From the NCBI RefSeq assembly GCF_009914755.1, contig NC_060938.1: a stretch of 64,000 nt of DNA. One strand, given 5' to 3'. A model generated the notes under the pieces. The model ran no database searches and had not been told where the DNA came from. It was given only the letters and a program-made list of their open reading frames with translations. Each line of letters begins with the position of its first letter. Position 1 is the first letter of the stretch. This DNA comes from the human T2T-CHM13v2.0 reference genome, Homo sapiens. A program made the position numbers and the translations under genes. Of the stretch, positions 1 through 23,892 are shown one piece after another.

Positions 1-299
1 GGTTTATACAAAATTACTTAAATCCTCTGAGCCTTGGTTCCTGTGTCTATAAAATGCACACAGCTCTTATAGAGTTACTGTAACATTAAGTAAAATATTG
101 TTTGCAAAGGGACTGTCAAAAAGTAAGTCCTCAATAAATAGAAATTCCCATTCTATTTTTGTACAACTTTTTTCTCTGACAATACACCGCATTAAGAACT
201 CTTGCTCTGTCCAAAGCAGTTTTCTTTCATTTTGTCTCTAAAAATTTTCCTAATACCTCATAATTCTAGACTCCAATAGCCAAGCACATTATCTAGTAA

Positions 300-690
300 G
301 GGACACTGATGGTTGCCTACCCAATATCCATTCCATTTCCTAAGAGCCATGGTTTTATTCAGGTGTGATCCCAGATTCAACAGGGAATTCTGATTAAGTC
401 AGTCCCCTGCTGGCTCACTGATCTGCAGATGGGGATGTGGCATTAGTTGGTCTAATCAGGCCAAAGGGAAGGACATAACTCTAACTGCCACTAGCAGCCA
501 TCTTATGACCCCAAAAAGACCCAGCCATAGAGGAGAAGCCGACATCAAGGATAACAGAATGAACTAGGAATAGAAAGTTGGACCTTGATGTCATCACTGA
601 GCTATTGATTATATAGTACCTGAAATCACTTTGATAACTTGTGAAATAATAAATTTCCTTATTGTTAAGCCAGTTTGAGTTCATTGCTTG
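300..690 (+). mobile_element. Old MaLR LTR (MLT1J/K-like)
   Basis: Resembles the MLT1 consensus (gcagccatcttatgacc...aataaatttccttattgttaagccagtttgagtt). Confidence 0.6.
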
Positions 691-1336
691 TTTGGGTAAT
701 TCAAATAAGCCATGTAGGAAAAAGAAATATACATAAACTAGGGTTTTCTAATGGCCCAGGGCCATGAACAGCTGTAAGTTTTCGAAACAATTCAGTGATA
801 CATCTTATTAAAGACATTTACTGACATTGTCTTATTATGATCTGCTTTATTTTTGAGAGCAAAATATTGTTGTGTTGCATATTGCTTTGTATAAACTGTA
901 AATCTTGGGTTTCTTTGCACCAATCTTTTAAATGCTCATGTGACTGATATATGATTGATATGATTTTTTTCAAAAGAAAAAAGCATTTCCTTAATGGCTC
1001 TTGGCCATGCCAATGGGAAAATAAAAACAAAAAGGTAAGGATTTAATGCGCATCTCTAATGATTGAACTGTTTGAAACCGCAGCATGTCAAACTGACTTC
1101 GGAATCCGAAAAGCTCATCTAAAGAAATTCAGAATACTCTGGAATATGTAATACCCAAAGCTGTTCAACGTCAACAAATTTAGGAGTTCAAACTAAGAAT
1201 AAAGTGTAAAAAGATGCAAATATTTCTGTCACAGGTTAATATTTCAATTAAACTAAAGAATGTTTAAAGTGCTAATAAGTATACTTAGCCTTAAGCTTAT
1301 TCCTTTTAAACAAGAGAGGCAAGGCACAGTACATTT

Positions 1337-1342
1337 TTTATT
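1337..1342 (-). terminator. DLGAP5: Polyadenylation signal AATAAA of DLGAP5
   Basis: AATAAA ~200 nt after the stop codon, followed by T/GT-rich sequence on the minus strand. Confidence 0.8.
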
Positions 1343-1540
1343 CTGTGTTGAAAATGTACAAAATATCCCCACTTCCCTTGAGAAAGAGTATATCTAAAAT
1401 ACACTTTGATGAACACAGAATATTAAAACATTATATGCTATAGAAGTGAACACAAATACATTTTCTCCAAAATTTCAATAGTCTAAGGAATATATAAGCA
1501 TTGATAATATGAAGGAAAATGTTTGGATTTATTTTTAAAT

Positions 1541-1663
1541 TCAAAATTCTCCTGGTTGTAGAGGTGAAAAAGTAATCAGGTTACCACCAAAAGAAATGTG
1601 TCTGGCATGTTCTTGATGTCTCCTCTCCAGCTGAGTAAATGGATTACTGCAGTTTAGACCTGG
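1541..1663 (-). CDS. DLGAP5: DLGAP5 exon 19, coding part (PGLNCSNPF...NLITFSPLQPGEF*)
   Basis: ccag|CCA acceptor; TGA at 1541-1543; completes the 2541-nt CDS. Confidence 0.96.
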   Translation of the reverse strand, partial: PGLNCSNPFTQLERRHQEHARHISFGGNLITFSPLQPGEF

Positions 1664-1762
1664 CTGGAGAACAAATCCAGAGAAGTCAGTAAAGTATCCA
1701 TCAAGAGTTTCACCAATTAATTCTTCAACATTCTATAGTGGATTAATTAATAACAAAAATAA

Positions 1763-1896
1763 ACCGGGTGCGGTGGTGCACACCTGTAGTCCCAGCTACT
1801 CGGGAGGCTGAGGTGGTAGGATCACTTGAACCCAGGACTTCAAGACCAGCCCGAGCAACATAGCAAGATCCCACCTCAAAAACAAACAAACAAGAA
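1763..1896 (+). mobile_element. Alu monomer (FLAM/FAM-like)
   Basis: Single Alu arm with (AAAC)n tail. Confidence 0.9.
1784..1874 (-). CDS. DLGAP5: Alu-derived alternative cassette exon ([30 protein letters not shown]), giving an 842-aa isoform ending ...ARSKLQ*
   Basis: Antisense Alu monomer with tttttgag|GTG acceptor and ACAG|gtgtgc donor. The 91 nt are open in phase with exon 18 and shift exon 19 to a TAA at 1644-1646. The length agrees with my recollection of an annotated 842-aa isoform. Confidence 0.75.
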
Positions 1897-2953
1897 ACAC
1901 GTAAACATTTTCCCTATATAACAATAAAATTATAAACAACAATGATTATGCTACTTTCCAGTAGATCTTATTTCAAATGTATATTACAGTTTTTTTTATT
2001 GGAAAGGTATATTCAGAATATATGTACAAAAATGTGAATAATATGTAAATGGACTCAAGCAGTGTATGCAGAATGAATAAAACTGAGGCTGTATCTTAAG
2101 CCACTTACATAGATTCCATAAATCCTAAACCATATAATAGCACTTAATAGACCTTTTAATACTGTGTGATCCTGCTGGGATCTTTTTACTCCCTCAAGCC
2201 CTGCTTCAAGTTCAAATTATGCTACTGGGGCAACCAATAATTTGGGTCTAAAATAGACATCTAAATACTAATATTTACAGAAGTGAAAAAAATATCAGAC
2301 TAAATGATAAGGTATTAAGACTTAACAATGAGAACATATAAGATAATTGTGATGTACTCTTAATCACATTACTATTAAAATATTACGATTTGGTAATCTC
2401 TGGATTTACTTATAACAACATACATTCTCAGAATCAATCATTCAGGGTTCGATCTGGGAACAGGGTTAAATCAGGTTTACATAAGTTGGCTTTATGCTGA
2501 AAGCCCTGATCCTCTAGGTCTCAGTTTATGATTAAAGAAGGCTAAAACCAAGAAAGAATGGTACGTGGGTCACAGTAACACATTTCATTCTGCTCCTGAG
2601 ACACAGGGCAGCCCAGAGCCTGACCACAAAAAAGGCAGCTTTGAAAAATAATGAAAGACAAGATATACAAGGGTCTTTAAGGAATTTGTGGCTTATGGAA
2701 GCTAAGTATTTGCCAGGTTTCATGAAGTTAACTAAAACTGTGGTTGTTTGATCCTATACTTGCTTTATGAATGAATTTCTCATATTCTGAGATTAAAGAA
2801 GAATAAAACCAAGACCGTTTTCTGATCTATTCTAGTAATTAGTCCTGGAAAATTCCAAGGTAAGGCTGTAACCACAGGTGTAAACCATAAGAATCACTTG
2901 ATGAAGAAAAAAATGACAAATCCCTAACTCCAGATCATTGAAATAAAAATATC

Positions 2954-3259
2954 GGCCAGGCACGGTGGCTCACGCCTGTAATCCCAGCACTTTGAGAATC
3001 GGGGCGGGGGGGGGGCATCACCTGAGGTCAGAAGTTCGAGACCAGCCTGGCCAACATGGTGAAACCCCGCATCTCTACTAAAAAATACAAAAATTAGCCA
3101 GGTGTGGTGGCAAGCACCTGTAATCCCAGCTACTCAGGAGGCTGAGGCAGGAGAATCGCTTGAACCCAGGAGGCAGAGGTTACAGTGGGCCAAGATCACA
3201 CCATTGTACCCCAGCCTGGGTGCAAGAGTGAAACTCTGTCTCAAAAAAAAAAAAAAAAA
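2954..3259 (+). mobile_element. AluS
   Basis: Full dimer with poly-A tail. Confidence 0.95.
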
Positions 3260-3988
3260 GTCTGGGATGGGGCTGAAACCAATGCTATATATATAAACAG
3301 CAGGAAAGAGAGCACTATTTAATTCGTGCCATAGTGCCAGTATCAAAGGTATGAATCAGACAGCTCTACCTAATGTGGAATTTACAGTTAATAAGGAATT
3401 TTATTCCTTAAGTTATATTTTTGGAATGCGTTCATATTATACCCTGAATAAGAGATGAAATGTAAACACTGTATGCCTATGTGCATCTGTACCTATATAT
3501 AAATTAACATGAGAGAGATAAGAGCTTTTACAGAAGGCTTCACAAAAGGGCTGTTTGAACTAGATTTAGAGGCAAGAGGTCACCAGAAGTAAAAGCAGGG
3601 AAGTAGCCACTAAAATAGCAGGACATAAATAACCAATGATGACTGAAGGTGGGATAGATATTATTTCCCCAGAAGGGCAGAAACTTTGCCTTATATTTTT
3701 CTTGAATCACTTAGAAATATATTCAGATATTCAAGTACCCAGTTTGTCAGAGCAAATTTGATAGAAAAACCATATAGAAAAACATATCTTCAGGGTTAAT
3801 ATTAAAACATACTATATTTTAAAGTATATAAACACCAAATTTTTCTTCATTCTGTGAAAAATGAAGAGTGAGTAAGCAAAACAATGACAAGATATACATT
3901 TTAAGCCTTGTACACAAATAGAAAAGCAATATTCATTTTATAAAACAAATCTAGAATATAAAGGGACTTGTCAAGTTGGAAAACTTAC

Positions 3989-4038
3989 TGAATCAAGAAG
4001 GTGGCATTCAGTAGTGAGACTTTTATTATCAAATAGTT
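3989..4038 (-). CDS. DLGAP5: DLGAP5 exon 18 (ELFDNKSLTTECHLLDS)
   Basis: tcag|AA acceptor, TCA|gtaagt donor; 50 nt. Confidence 0.95.
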
Positions 4039-4883
4039 CTGAAAAACAACAAAAAAAAACTTTTTAAAGAATATTCTCACATTCGAGGGCTGTTAGAAAT
4101 GGACAAAGCCATGAAAAATATGAAAAGTTCCACATATCAAATGCTAAGACAAAAATATAGACCCCTATGCTATAATGTTTTTTGAAAGTAGTTAAATTCT
4201 TATCCTTAACTTTGGTATAAAAGCAGACTTCTGTAAACAAATCTCATGCTTGTAACATTAAAGGTACCCAGAAAATGCTGATGAAGAACAGCTGGAGGAC
4301 ATTAAATGTCTGGCCGAGGTTAAAACCTTTTGTTTTACCATAGGCCCCAGTTAGACCAGCTACAGACTAACTGATGAAAATGGCAGGTAAAACTGGCACA
4401 CATTATAACAAAAATATAGGAGCCATTTCCTATTGCAGAACCATCACAACAATATAGGTAGAACTAGGCAGTAGGGAAGAAAAATAGGATATTTTGAAGA
4501 AAGACTTGGGGATATGTGTTGAAAAGGACAACTAAAAAAAAAGCCCAGGCTGGCCAATGTGGTGAAACTCTGTCTCTACTAAAAATAAAAAAATTAGCTA
4601 GGCGCGGTGGTACATGTGTAGGAGAATCGCCTCAACCTGGGAGGTGGAGGTTGCAGTGAGCTGAGATCACACGACTACACTCCAGCCTGGGCAACAGAGT
4701 GAGACTCCATCTCAAAAAAAAAAAAATCTTGAGGGAATTGTTCTAATTCAGGGTCTTCACTAACAATGAAGGATCCTCAATAGTTAGATCTAATGTAAAA
4801 TGGACCTTATAGGATAATTTATACCTTAATCCAAGTTCATTTCTTTAATAAAGGCTCGTTTAAATATATTTTAAATATCTCAC

Positions 4884-5130
4884 CTGACTGAGAAATTTTA
4901 GTTTCCCCTTCTTCTAAGATGCTATTTTGTGAAGCTGTATTTTTTTCAGGGCTACTCATCAAAACATCCTGTGATGTAATTGAAGAATTCAGTTCCATTC
5001 CTTCCACAACATCTGAAATTCCTTCTTTTTTGTTAGTATTAATATCATCTGCTACTCCACCAGCAAGAAGAGGCAAACTCATTCTCTCACTGGATAAACA
5101 ATCCACCTTCAAGTCTGTCTTATTTACAAC
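4884..5130 (-). CDS. DLGAP5: DLGAP5 exon 17 (VVNKTDLKVDCLSSE...TKISQS)
   Basis: ccag|GTT acceptor, CAG|gtgaga donor; 247 nt. Confidence 0.96.
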
Positions 5131-5359
5131 CTGGAAGTAAAAATGGCATTATATTTAATTATCAATTTAATTACTTGGAACAAATTTTAAAAGTCTTGTT
5201 GCTATTAAATACAAGAAAAACAGAAGGATGACATCCCGGACACAGTCTTAAGAACATTATAAATCCTACTATCCTGCTTCTTCAACAATTAGTTCAGATA
5301 ATATTATAGAAATAGTATGATTGAAGGCAAGTTTCTCAGCAAGTACCTATACTCTAGCT

Positions 5360-5555
5360 CAGGGACTGGCAAACATTTTCTGTAAAAGATCAAATAGTAA
5401 ATATTTTAGGTTTGTGAGTCACAGGGTCTCTGTCATAAGTACTCAACTCTACCACTGTATTGCAAAAGCAGCCAGATAGAATACATAAACAAATGTGTGG
5501 CTATTACAATAAAATATGATTTGTAAAAATAGGGGCCAAAGTTTGCTGATTTCTG
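5360..5555 (+). mobile_element. MER58A-like hAT-Charlie MITE
   Basis: CAGGGACTGGCAAAC...GTTTGCTGATTTCTG termini; 8-bp TSD ctctagct/ctctagtt. Confidence 0.85.
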
Positions 5556-5778
5556 CTCTAGTTCACTGGTTCCATATTCATTCTGATATGAGTTGAAGAA
5601 TACAAAATGACACTATGGTTTTAAACAACCCAAATGTCATTGAAACAAGAACTACAATTCTACATGACTGATTTAGATTTCCAACGGAAATTCTGGGGAT
5701 GCTTTACAAAGTTACTTTCTATAATGATATAAACATATGACATACTGGGCTATCTAACCACACTGGAATTGTACTTAC

Positions 5779-5836
5779 ATGATTTTCTTCAATTAAATCT
5801 GGTAATCCAGGACACTGAGCATCTTCTATGCTGCTC
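5779..5836 (-). CDS. DLGAP5: DLGAP5 exon 16 (SSIEDAQCPGLPDLIEENH)
   Basis: ttag|G acceptor, CAT|gtaagt donor; 58 nt. Confidence 0.95.
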
Positions 5837-6185
5837 CTAAAGAAGAAAAAAAGCAGCATTACACTCATAAACATATTGTTATTGTTTCACTTGTATTTTG
5901 AGTCTTTCCTTTAATGATGGCAATTAGTTTAGGGAATGGATCAAACATGGAGCCTGGTGCAAGATCAGGCGTGATCCAGATAGATTAGTTTTGGACTATA
6001 GCTACTGCAGGATGGCCTTACAAACTAAATGCATTCTTCCCCAGAAAGCTCACAAGTCTGTTACCATGGTGGTCAGTCAGGGTCAGGTGGCTCTACCAGC
6101 AATACTCTGAATCTCAGCCAAATCCAGAGCTATATATTAAAGAAAAGTCAAAAAGAAGGTGACTTCTGGAGACAGAAGCAACAAT

Positions 6186-6384
6186 TCAATTATTGTCTAG
6201 CTGGAGTTAGCTACATTTACTCGTTACTTGTTAATCCAGGTACCTGCTAAGAAACTTGACTTCAATCATACTATTTCTATAATTTTATCCGAAAGTTCAA
6301 AAAGCGGAACAGGAGTTACAATGTTCTTAAGTCTGCTGCTTGTTAACAAGTAAATGTAGCTAACTCCAGCTAGACAATAATTGA
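6186..6384. repeat. Perfect 36-bp inverted repeat with 127-nt spacer
   Basis: 6186-6221 is the exact reverse complement of 6349-6384. Confidence 0.95.
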
Positions 6385-6449
6385 GTTAGAATACAAGGTA
6401 TTCTAATCCTGAAGTTACTAGCTTGTATCTTATTAGAAATATCTGTTTT

Positions 6450-7264
<815 letters not shown>

Positions 7265-7805
7265 CTAGAAGCATATCTAGCCCATAACAGTTGTTCAGTA
7301 CACATTAACTCCCCCCCCTTCAATATGCTCTGCCATCTGTCAAGAAAACAATCTCAAGGTACTTTCTACAAAGCCTGGTAAAAAGTGTCCATCTCTCAAC
7401 CACCTTGGGGAGGCATTAGCACTGCTGCTTTGTAGATGATGAAAGTGAAGCTAAAGAGAATTAATTACTTGCCCCAAAGTTGCATAGCTAGTAAGTCACA
7501 GAGCTCTTCTCAGCTCAGAACTGTTGAGCACCAAAGTTGTAGTATGTTTAGCACCAAAGGATACCATATTGCTTCTTTTCTTCTTACTGCTGCAGAATTT
7601 ACCCAACTAAACGTGACCATTTAGTATCCTGAAACCTTAAGCTTTAGTTTCCTCATTTATAAAAAGGGAGTACTGCCTATATGTTGCAGGGTCATTATGA
7701 AATTTATTAAAAATATATGTCTGGCACCTTTTACCATCTTAACAATCTGAAATGGTATTTAGTATCAGCAACTGTTAAACTCTTATTAACATGTTAAAGA
7801 AATAC

Positions 7806-7995
7806 CTGCTTTCAGGAATACTCAAAAACAAAGTCTTCTTCACATGTTCACTTTTCGTATTCTGAGGACCGGCATTTTCTGGTGATGTAGTTTGTTGTGG
7901 AATGCCCATCTCATTTCTACTCTGAGATACAGCTTTGTTGACAGACTTAGGTGTTCCAAGTCTTTGAGAAGGGCCTTCAGAAGAGACAGAAAGTC
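7806..7995 (-). CDS. DLGAP5: DLGAP5 exon 15 (GLSVSSEGPSQRLGTPKS...IPESR)
   Basis: ctag|GA acceptor, CAG|gtattt donor; 190 nt. Confidence 0.96.
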
Positions 7996-8214
7996 CTAGA
8001 AGATGAGAGAAATCACCTCAATACCAAATAGTTCTTTTGCTTTTCATTATAACTAGGAATACGGTGAAAATCCTATCAATTAGCCTCTTTCTCCTGTCAA
8101 ATAATGTCTGTTAAAGACAAATGCCTGGGACTTTCTGTTAAAGATAGTATTTAAATGCATATTAGATGCTGCTTCCTTTTGACATCCCACTACTTTTACA
8201 TGAACAGAGATAAT

Positions 8215-8891
<677 letters not shown>

Positions 8892-8920
8892 TAGCAACAA
8901 TAACAATATTTTGGAAGCTA

Positions 8921-9417
<497 letters not shown>

Positions 9418-10970
9418 TTAAACAAGAAGAGCTCAGATTCCTTTCCTCATTCTGCACAGCAAAGCAACTGTCATCACCCACCCCCATCACCAAAAACAGA
9501 AGGGTCTCTGGTTTAGAGGATACCAGATACAGTTGAGAGACAGGGTACTACATGGAAAATAAGGGAAATAAGTGAATATTTACACAAAGTGTTGAGACAC
9601 TTAGCTTTCTTCCCCTACATGGCTCCTGAAAGACTGGCAGCCAGAATGATACCTTCCAGGAAGCAGATGGAAAGCATCTTCTCTGGGGAATCTGAGTAGA
9701 CTATGAGAAAAGTCTTAAATGCAGTGATGTGTAGGTTCCCAGCATAATGGCCCCGCTAACAGAAGGGCCCCGAAAGTAAAGGTCCTACCCATGTGCAGAG
9801 AGTTTCCAGTCAGCTTTTTAGTGCCCTATTCTTAACCATGTGCAGGCAGTGAGAGATCACCAGATTCCCGAGGAAAGCCTCTAAATACAAGAGACAGAAA
9901 CCAAAAACAACTAGATGAAAGTACCCTGAAACAAATACTGTCTATAGTGGATGAAGAAAACATAAAAGCTATCATTAATATCCTTGGAAAGATAAAACAA
10001 TACACTGATGAAACAAGTGCAGAATGTTATAAAATGAACATTTGGAGAGTAAGAAAGGGCTCTTGGGAATTAAAAACATGATAGCCAGCATGAAAGTTGA
10101 GGAAATCTCCAGGAAGTAGAAGAAAACAGTAAGTACAGGAAAGAAAGATTAAAAAGTCTACCAGAAGAAAAATGTGTTTTTGAAAAAGATCAAACCTTGT
10201 CAAGAGAGATGGTGGTAAACAACAAAACTCCAGTAAGACTCCAGTAAGTCCAAAAGACTCCAGTAAGAATTGAAAGTAGTTGCTTCTAGGGATTGGCAAA
10301 TGGAATGAGAAGGGCTTCTTCAGGGACTACTGTTTTGTAATTAGCCTCATATCAACTATGTGCTCTGTAACTAAAACTCAATTTTAAATGACCAATTTTT
10401 GCCATAAACCTTAATCTCCCTATCTATAAGGACTGAGTTGAGTATATGAAAGAACAGAATGATGAGCTTATAGCTGTAAAAACCACGAAGATCCTTGACA
10501 AGTAGTAGAATGGAGTCATGTTATTAGCAGTAGTGGGAGATTCCTGGGTATCCAGGGAGTGTAGCTGCTTAAAGGAAACAAAAGTACACCAGATTTGATA
10601 CCTAAACTAACAAGAATATTATAATATACTTGAGGATCACTATAAATATCAGATAGCAGGTATTAGAGAACAATTTAGGTTTACTTTGAAAAAACTTCCT
10701 GGTGGACATCTATGGCTTATAAATAAATAATTTCAATTGAGATAAATTCAATTCAAGAAAAATAGTCTGTGGAAAAAAAAGCTATGACAAACACTGTGAG
10801 AAAATCACAAAAAAATGATTTCCTGAATATTAAAAACTGCTTTTACTGGAATATTTTTAAATTGGAAAATTAGTACGTTTACTACCTTTCAAAAAGATCT
10901 GAGCAAAAGTTTTAATACAAATGCAAATAAAACCAAATCCACTTTGCATAAACTTCCTTTTATTTTTTAG

Positions 10971-11150
<180 letters not shown>

Positions 11151-11153
11151 TAA

Positions 11154-11276
<123 letters not shown>

Positions 11277-11710
11277 TAGACAAGTGTGATAGCTGGATGC
11301 TCAAGTTTCCTTTGCATTATAAATTCTAACCAAACTTCTAACTGACCTGAAGAAAATCAGTTTACTTCTTCATGCTTCCGTCATTTCTCTTACCTCTTGG
11401 GATCCTGTGACCTTTCTCATAGACTGTAGGGTTACATGGTAATTACATTACAGATGTGAAATCACTTAGAAAGTAGAAAAGCAATCTTAGAAGACTTATC
11501 GCACTTAAACTAATCTGATCATACCCATCAAAATGTGATTTACAGTGTTTGTGAGCGAGCATAGTCTATTTTCTAAAAATCACAGAAAAACTTATGTCTC
11601 TTCATGTAAAAAACTATTTTTCACCTTACACAAGCCCCCATCTATCCCAAATATTTCTCTTAAGTAGTCTCAGGAAAAACAAAAAAAATAAAAAATCAAA
11701 AACAACTAAC

Positions 11711-11930
11711 CTGAGAATAATTTAACAGGACTTTCAACTCTGAAAAATCCAGCATCGAACACTATTTTATCAACTTCCTTTGGTATCACAGAAACTGCTG
11801 TTTCAGCACATTCTTCCTGCCTAATTCTCTCTCTCATTGCATTTTTTATGGCAGCTAGGCGATTTCTCGCTGCAATTCTTCCAGCATCATCCTGTTTTGG
11901 TTTACTTGCTATACCTGAGACAACTTTTTT
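11711..11930 (-). CDS. DLGAP5: DLGAP5 exon 14 (KKVVSGIASK...FDAGFFRVESPVKLFS)
   Basis: gcag|AAA acceptor, CAG|gttagt donor; 220 nt. Confidence 0.97.
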
Positions 11931-12059
11931 CTGCAAAGAGAAACTAACATAGTAAAGCTGCCCATTACCATCTTACAAGAAAAACACACAACAAACACAA
12001 ATTCATCACTTAAAAATTTAATTTTTAAAAATAAAGTATACATAAAATATTTCACATTC

Positions 12060-15898
<3,839 letters not shown>

Positions 15899-16161
15899 TC
15901 ACAGCCCCTCCTTTCTTCTCTCTAGACATAACTATCCTAAATTTTATGTTGATCGATTTCCTTGCTCTTTCTTCAAAGGCAATCAAGTACACTCTAAGTA
16001 GTATAAAGACTTAACTTTGTAAAATAATGAGAAATCTAAACCTAAATGTTTTTAAAACTTAAAAACAAGAAGTAGAAGAATCTATATTAGAAATTTGGAT
16101 GTATGTATAACAGTTCCTTAACTAAAAAAAAAAAAATTGGATATAAAACCCACAAACTTAC

Positions 16162-16266
16162 CCTAAAGACATTTTTGTTCATATTATGATTCATATTATT
16201 ATTGACTTGCCACCCAGATTCCTCAAGTTTGATCAGATTGTTGAATTTGTGGATTACATCTTCTAT
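16162..16266 (-). CDS. DLGAP5: DLGAP5 exon 13 (IEDVIHKFNNLIKLEESGW...NVFR)
   Basis: acag|ATA acceptor, AGG|gtaagt donor; 105 nt. Confidence 0.96.
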
Positions 16267-16589
16267 CTGTTAATAAAGCACAAGTTTACCAGATTAATGC
16301 TAGCCATATTAAAGTTATAAACGAATGAGCTGAAGACTAAAAAAAAATTAAAAATAGTGATTCAGAAATGATGAGTTATTAAAACTGGACTGAGTCATTC
16401 TCAATTTAGTGTTCAAATAATTTTTATGGTAAAGTTTTTCATTATCTTTCGTCTTACAAACCTCCAAAATCTACATAAAGAATATCATACATGAATAACT
16501 CTCCTAGATTATTTTTGACTAAAATGCTAAAATGGTAGAAAAGATATCCTAAATGTTGTTTCTTAAATTACACAATGTGAACACAATCT

Positions 16590-17185
16590 AATTTTTTTTT
16601 TATTTATCCATTCCTCCACTGAAGGACATCTTGGTTGCTTCCATGTTTTGGCAATTATGAATAAAGCTGCTATATTGCTAAAAACATCCGTGTGCAGGTT
16701 TTTATATGGACATAAGTTTTCAACTCATTTGGAGCGCAATTGCTAGATCGTATGGTAGGAGTATGTTTAGTTTTGCGAGTGACTGCCAAACTGTCTTCTA
16801 AAGTGGATATAACATTTTGCATTCCCATAGGCAATGAATGGAAAGTTCGTATTGCTCCATACCCTCCCCAGCACTTGCTGTTGGCAGTGTTTTGAATTTT
16901 CACTGTTCCCTAGTAGGTATGTGGTAGTATCTCACTGTTGTTTTGATTTGTAGTTCACTAATGACATATGATGTTGAGCATCTTTTCATATGCGTATTTG
17001 CCATCTGTATATCTTCTATGGTGAGGTAACTGTTCAGGTCTTTTGCCCATTTTTAATTGGGTTGTTCGTTTCCTTCTTGCTGGGTTTTAAGAGCTCTTTG
17101 TATCTTTTGGATAACAGTCTTTTATCAGATACATCTTTTGCAAATATTTCTCCGAATCTGTGCCTTGTCTTCTCATTTTCTTGAC
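16590..17185 (-). mobile_element. L1 (L1M-type) fragment
   Basis: gaaggacatcttggttgcttcca...ttgagcatcttttcatatg...tttgcaaatatttc: L1 ORF2-end/3' region. Confidence 0.85.
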
Positions 17186-17544
17186 ATAATCTCATTTTAA
17201 AAGATACAAGTGTATTTAATAGGATGGAAATATAATCCCCATCTTTCTGATACTTCCAGTCTCCTACGAAGAGTTACGCCACTGACAACAGTTTGGTAAC
17301 CATGCTTTTAGTCTCCATGCTATGCACTTATACACACATATCCTCTTAGCTTTGCTCTCCCTCAAAAATATGTAAATGTCTCTGGGCACTGTGGCATATG
17401 CCTATAATCCAAGCTACTTGGTAGGCTGAGGCAGGGGGATTGCTTGAACCGAGAAGGTCGAGACTAGCCTGGGCAACAAGGCAAGACTCCATCTCAAAGG
17501 AAAAAAAAAAGTAAATGTCAAAATGACTCAGAATTACACTCATG

Positions 17545-20062
<2,518 letters not shown>

Positions 20063-20164
20063 TTGTGTTTAAAAAAAAAAAAAAAAGTGCCCCAATGGCC
20101 AACTTGAAGTGGCTCCCACTAAGCCAAAGCTGGGAAATGAGCATCAGTCAAGATAATGACTATA

Positions 20165-23362
<3,198 letters not shown>

Positions 23363-23892
23363 ACTCAACGTCAAACAACTCACTGCAAATAATTATCTAA
23401 GAAGGACTTCATACTGACAGCACATAATTTTTTCTAAACAGCTTCCCAAATAAATCAGATTAAGAAACTCTTCAGAAAATCTTTTCCATATTGATTTAGG
23501 TAATTTTCATTCAGAGTATATTTTTGTGTAAACAATATCAGATATCAATTGATATCACCCATAAAGTCATATTTAAAAAGCTAATAATATTCACTGTTAC
23601 TTGCTTGGTTGGTTAGAAAAATGTCTAAGTCAAAGGAACGACAGTCAATATTCTAATTACTTACATCTTTTAAGTTATATACCATTTTAGCACAGATGTT
23701 AGGGAACATATGTTGAGATATGAAAAACACTTGCTACTTTATTGTAGACATCAAGTTAAAAAAGAAAAAATTCTTGCTACTTTGAATGATAATGAAACAA
23801 TAAAGTTAGGCAATGCTATATTTTTATGTTTCAGATAAACGTAACCATAGTAAAAGAAACAAAGCAAACAAAAAATACAAATGTTGCCTCAC

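Noticed and set aside
1-1300. Possible exons of the neighbouring gene LGALS3
   Set aside because: No galectin-3 coding sequence is recognisable here; its proximity is recalled knowledge only.
10227-10268. Short repeat (actccagtaag) x3
   Set aside because: Small slippage duplication in degenerate repeat-like sequence; no functional indication.
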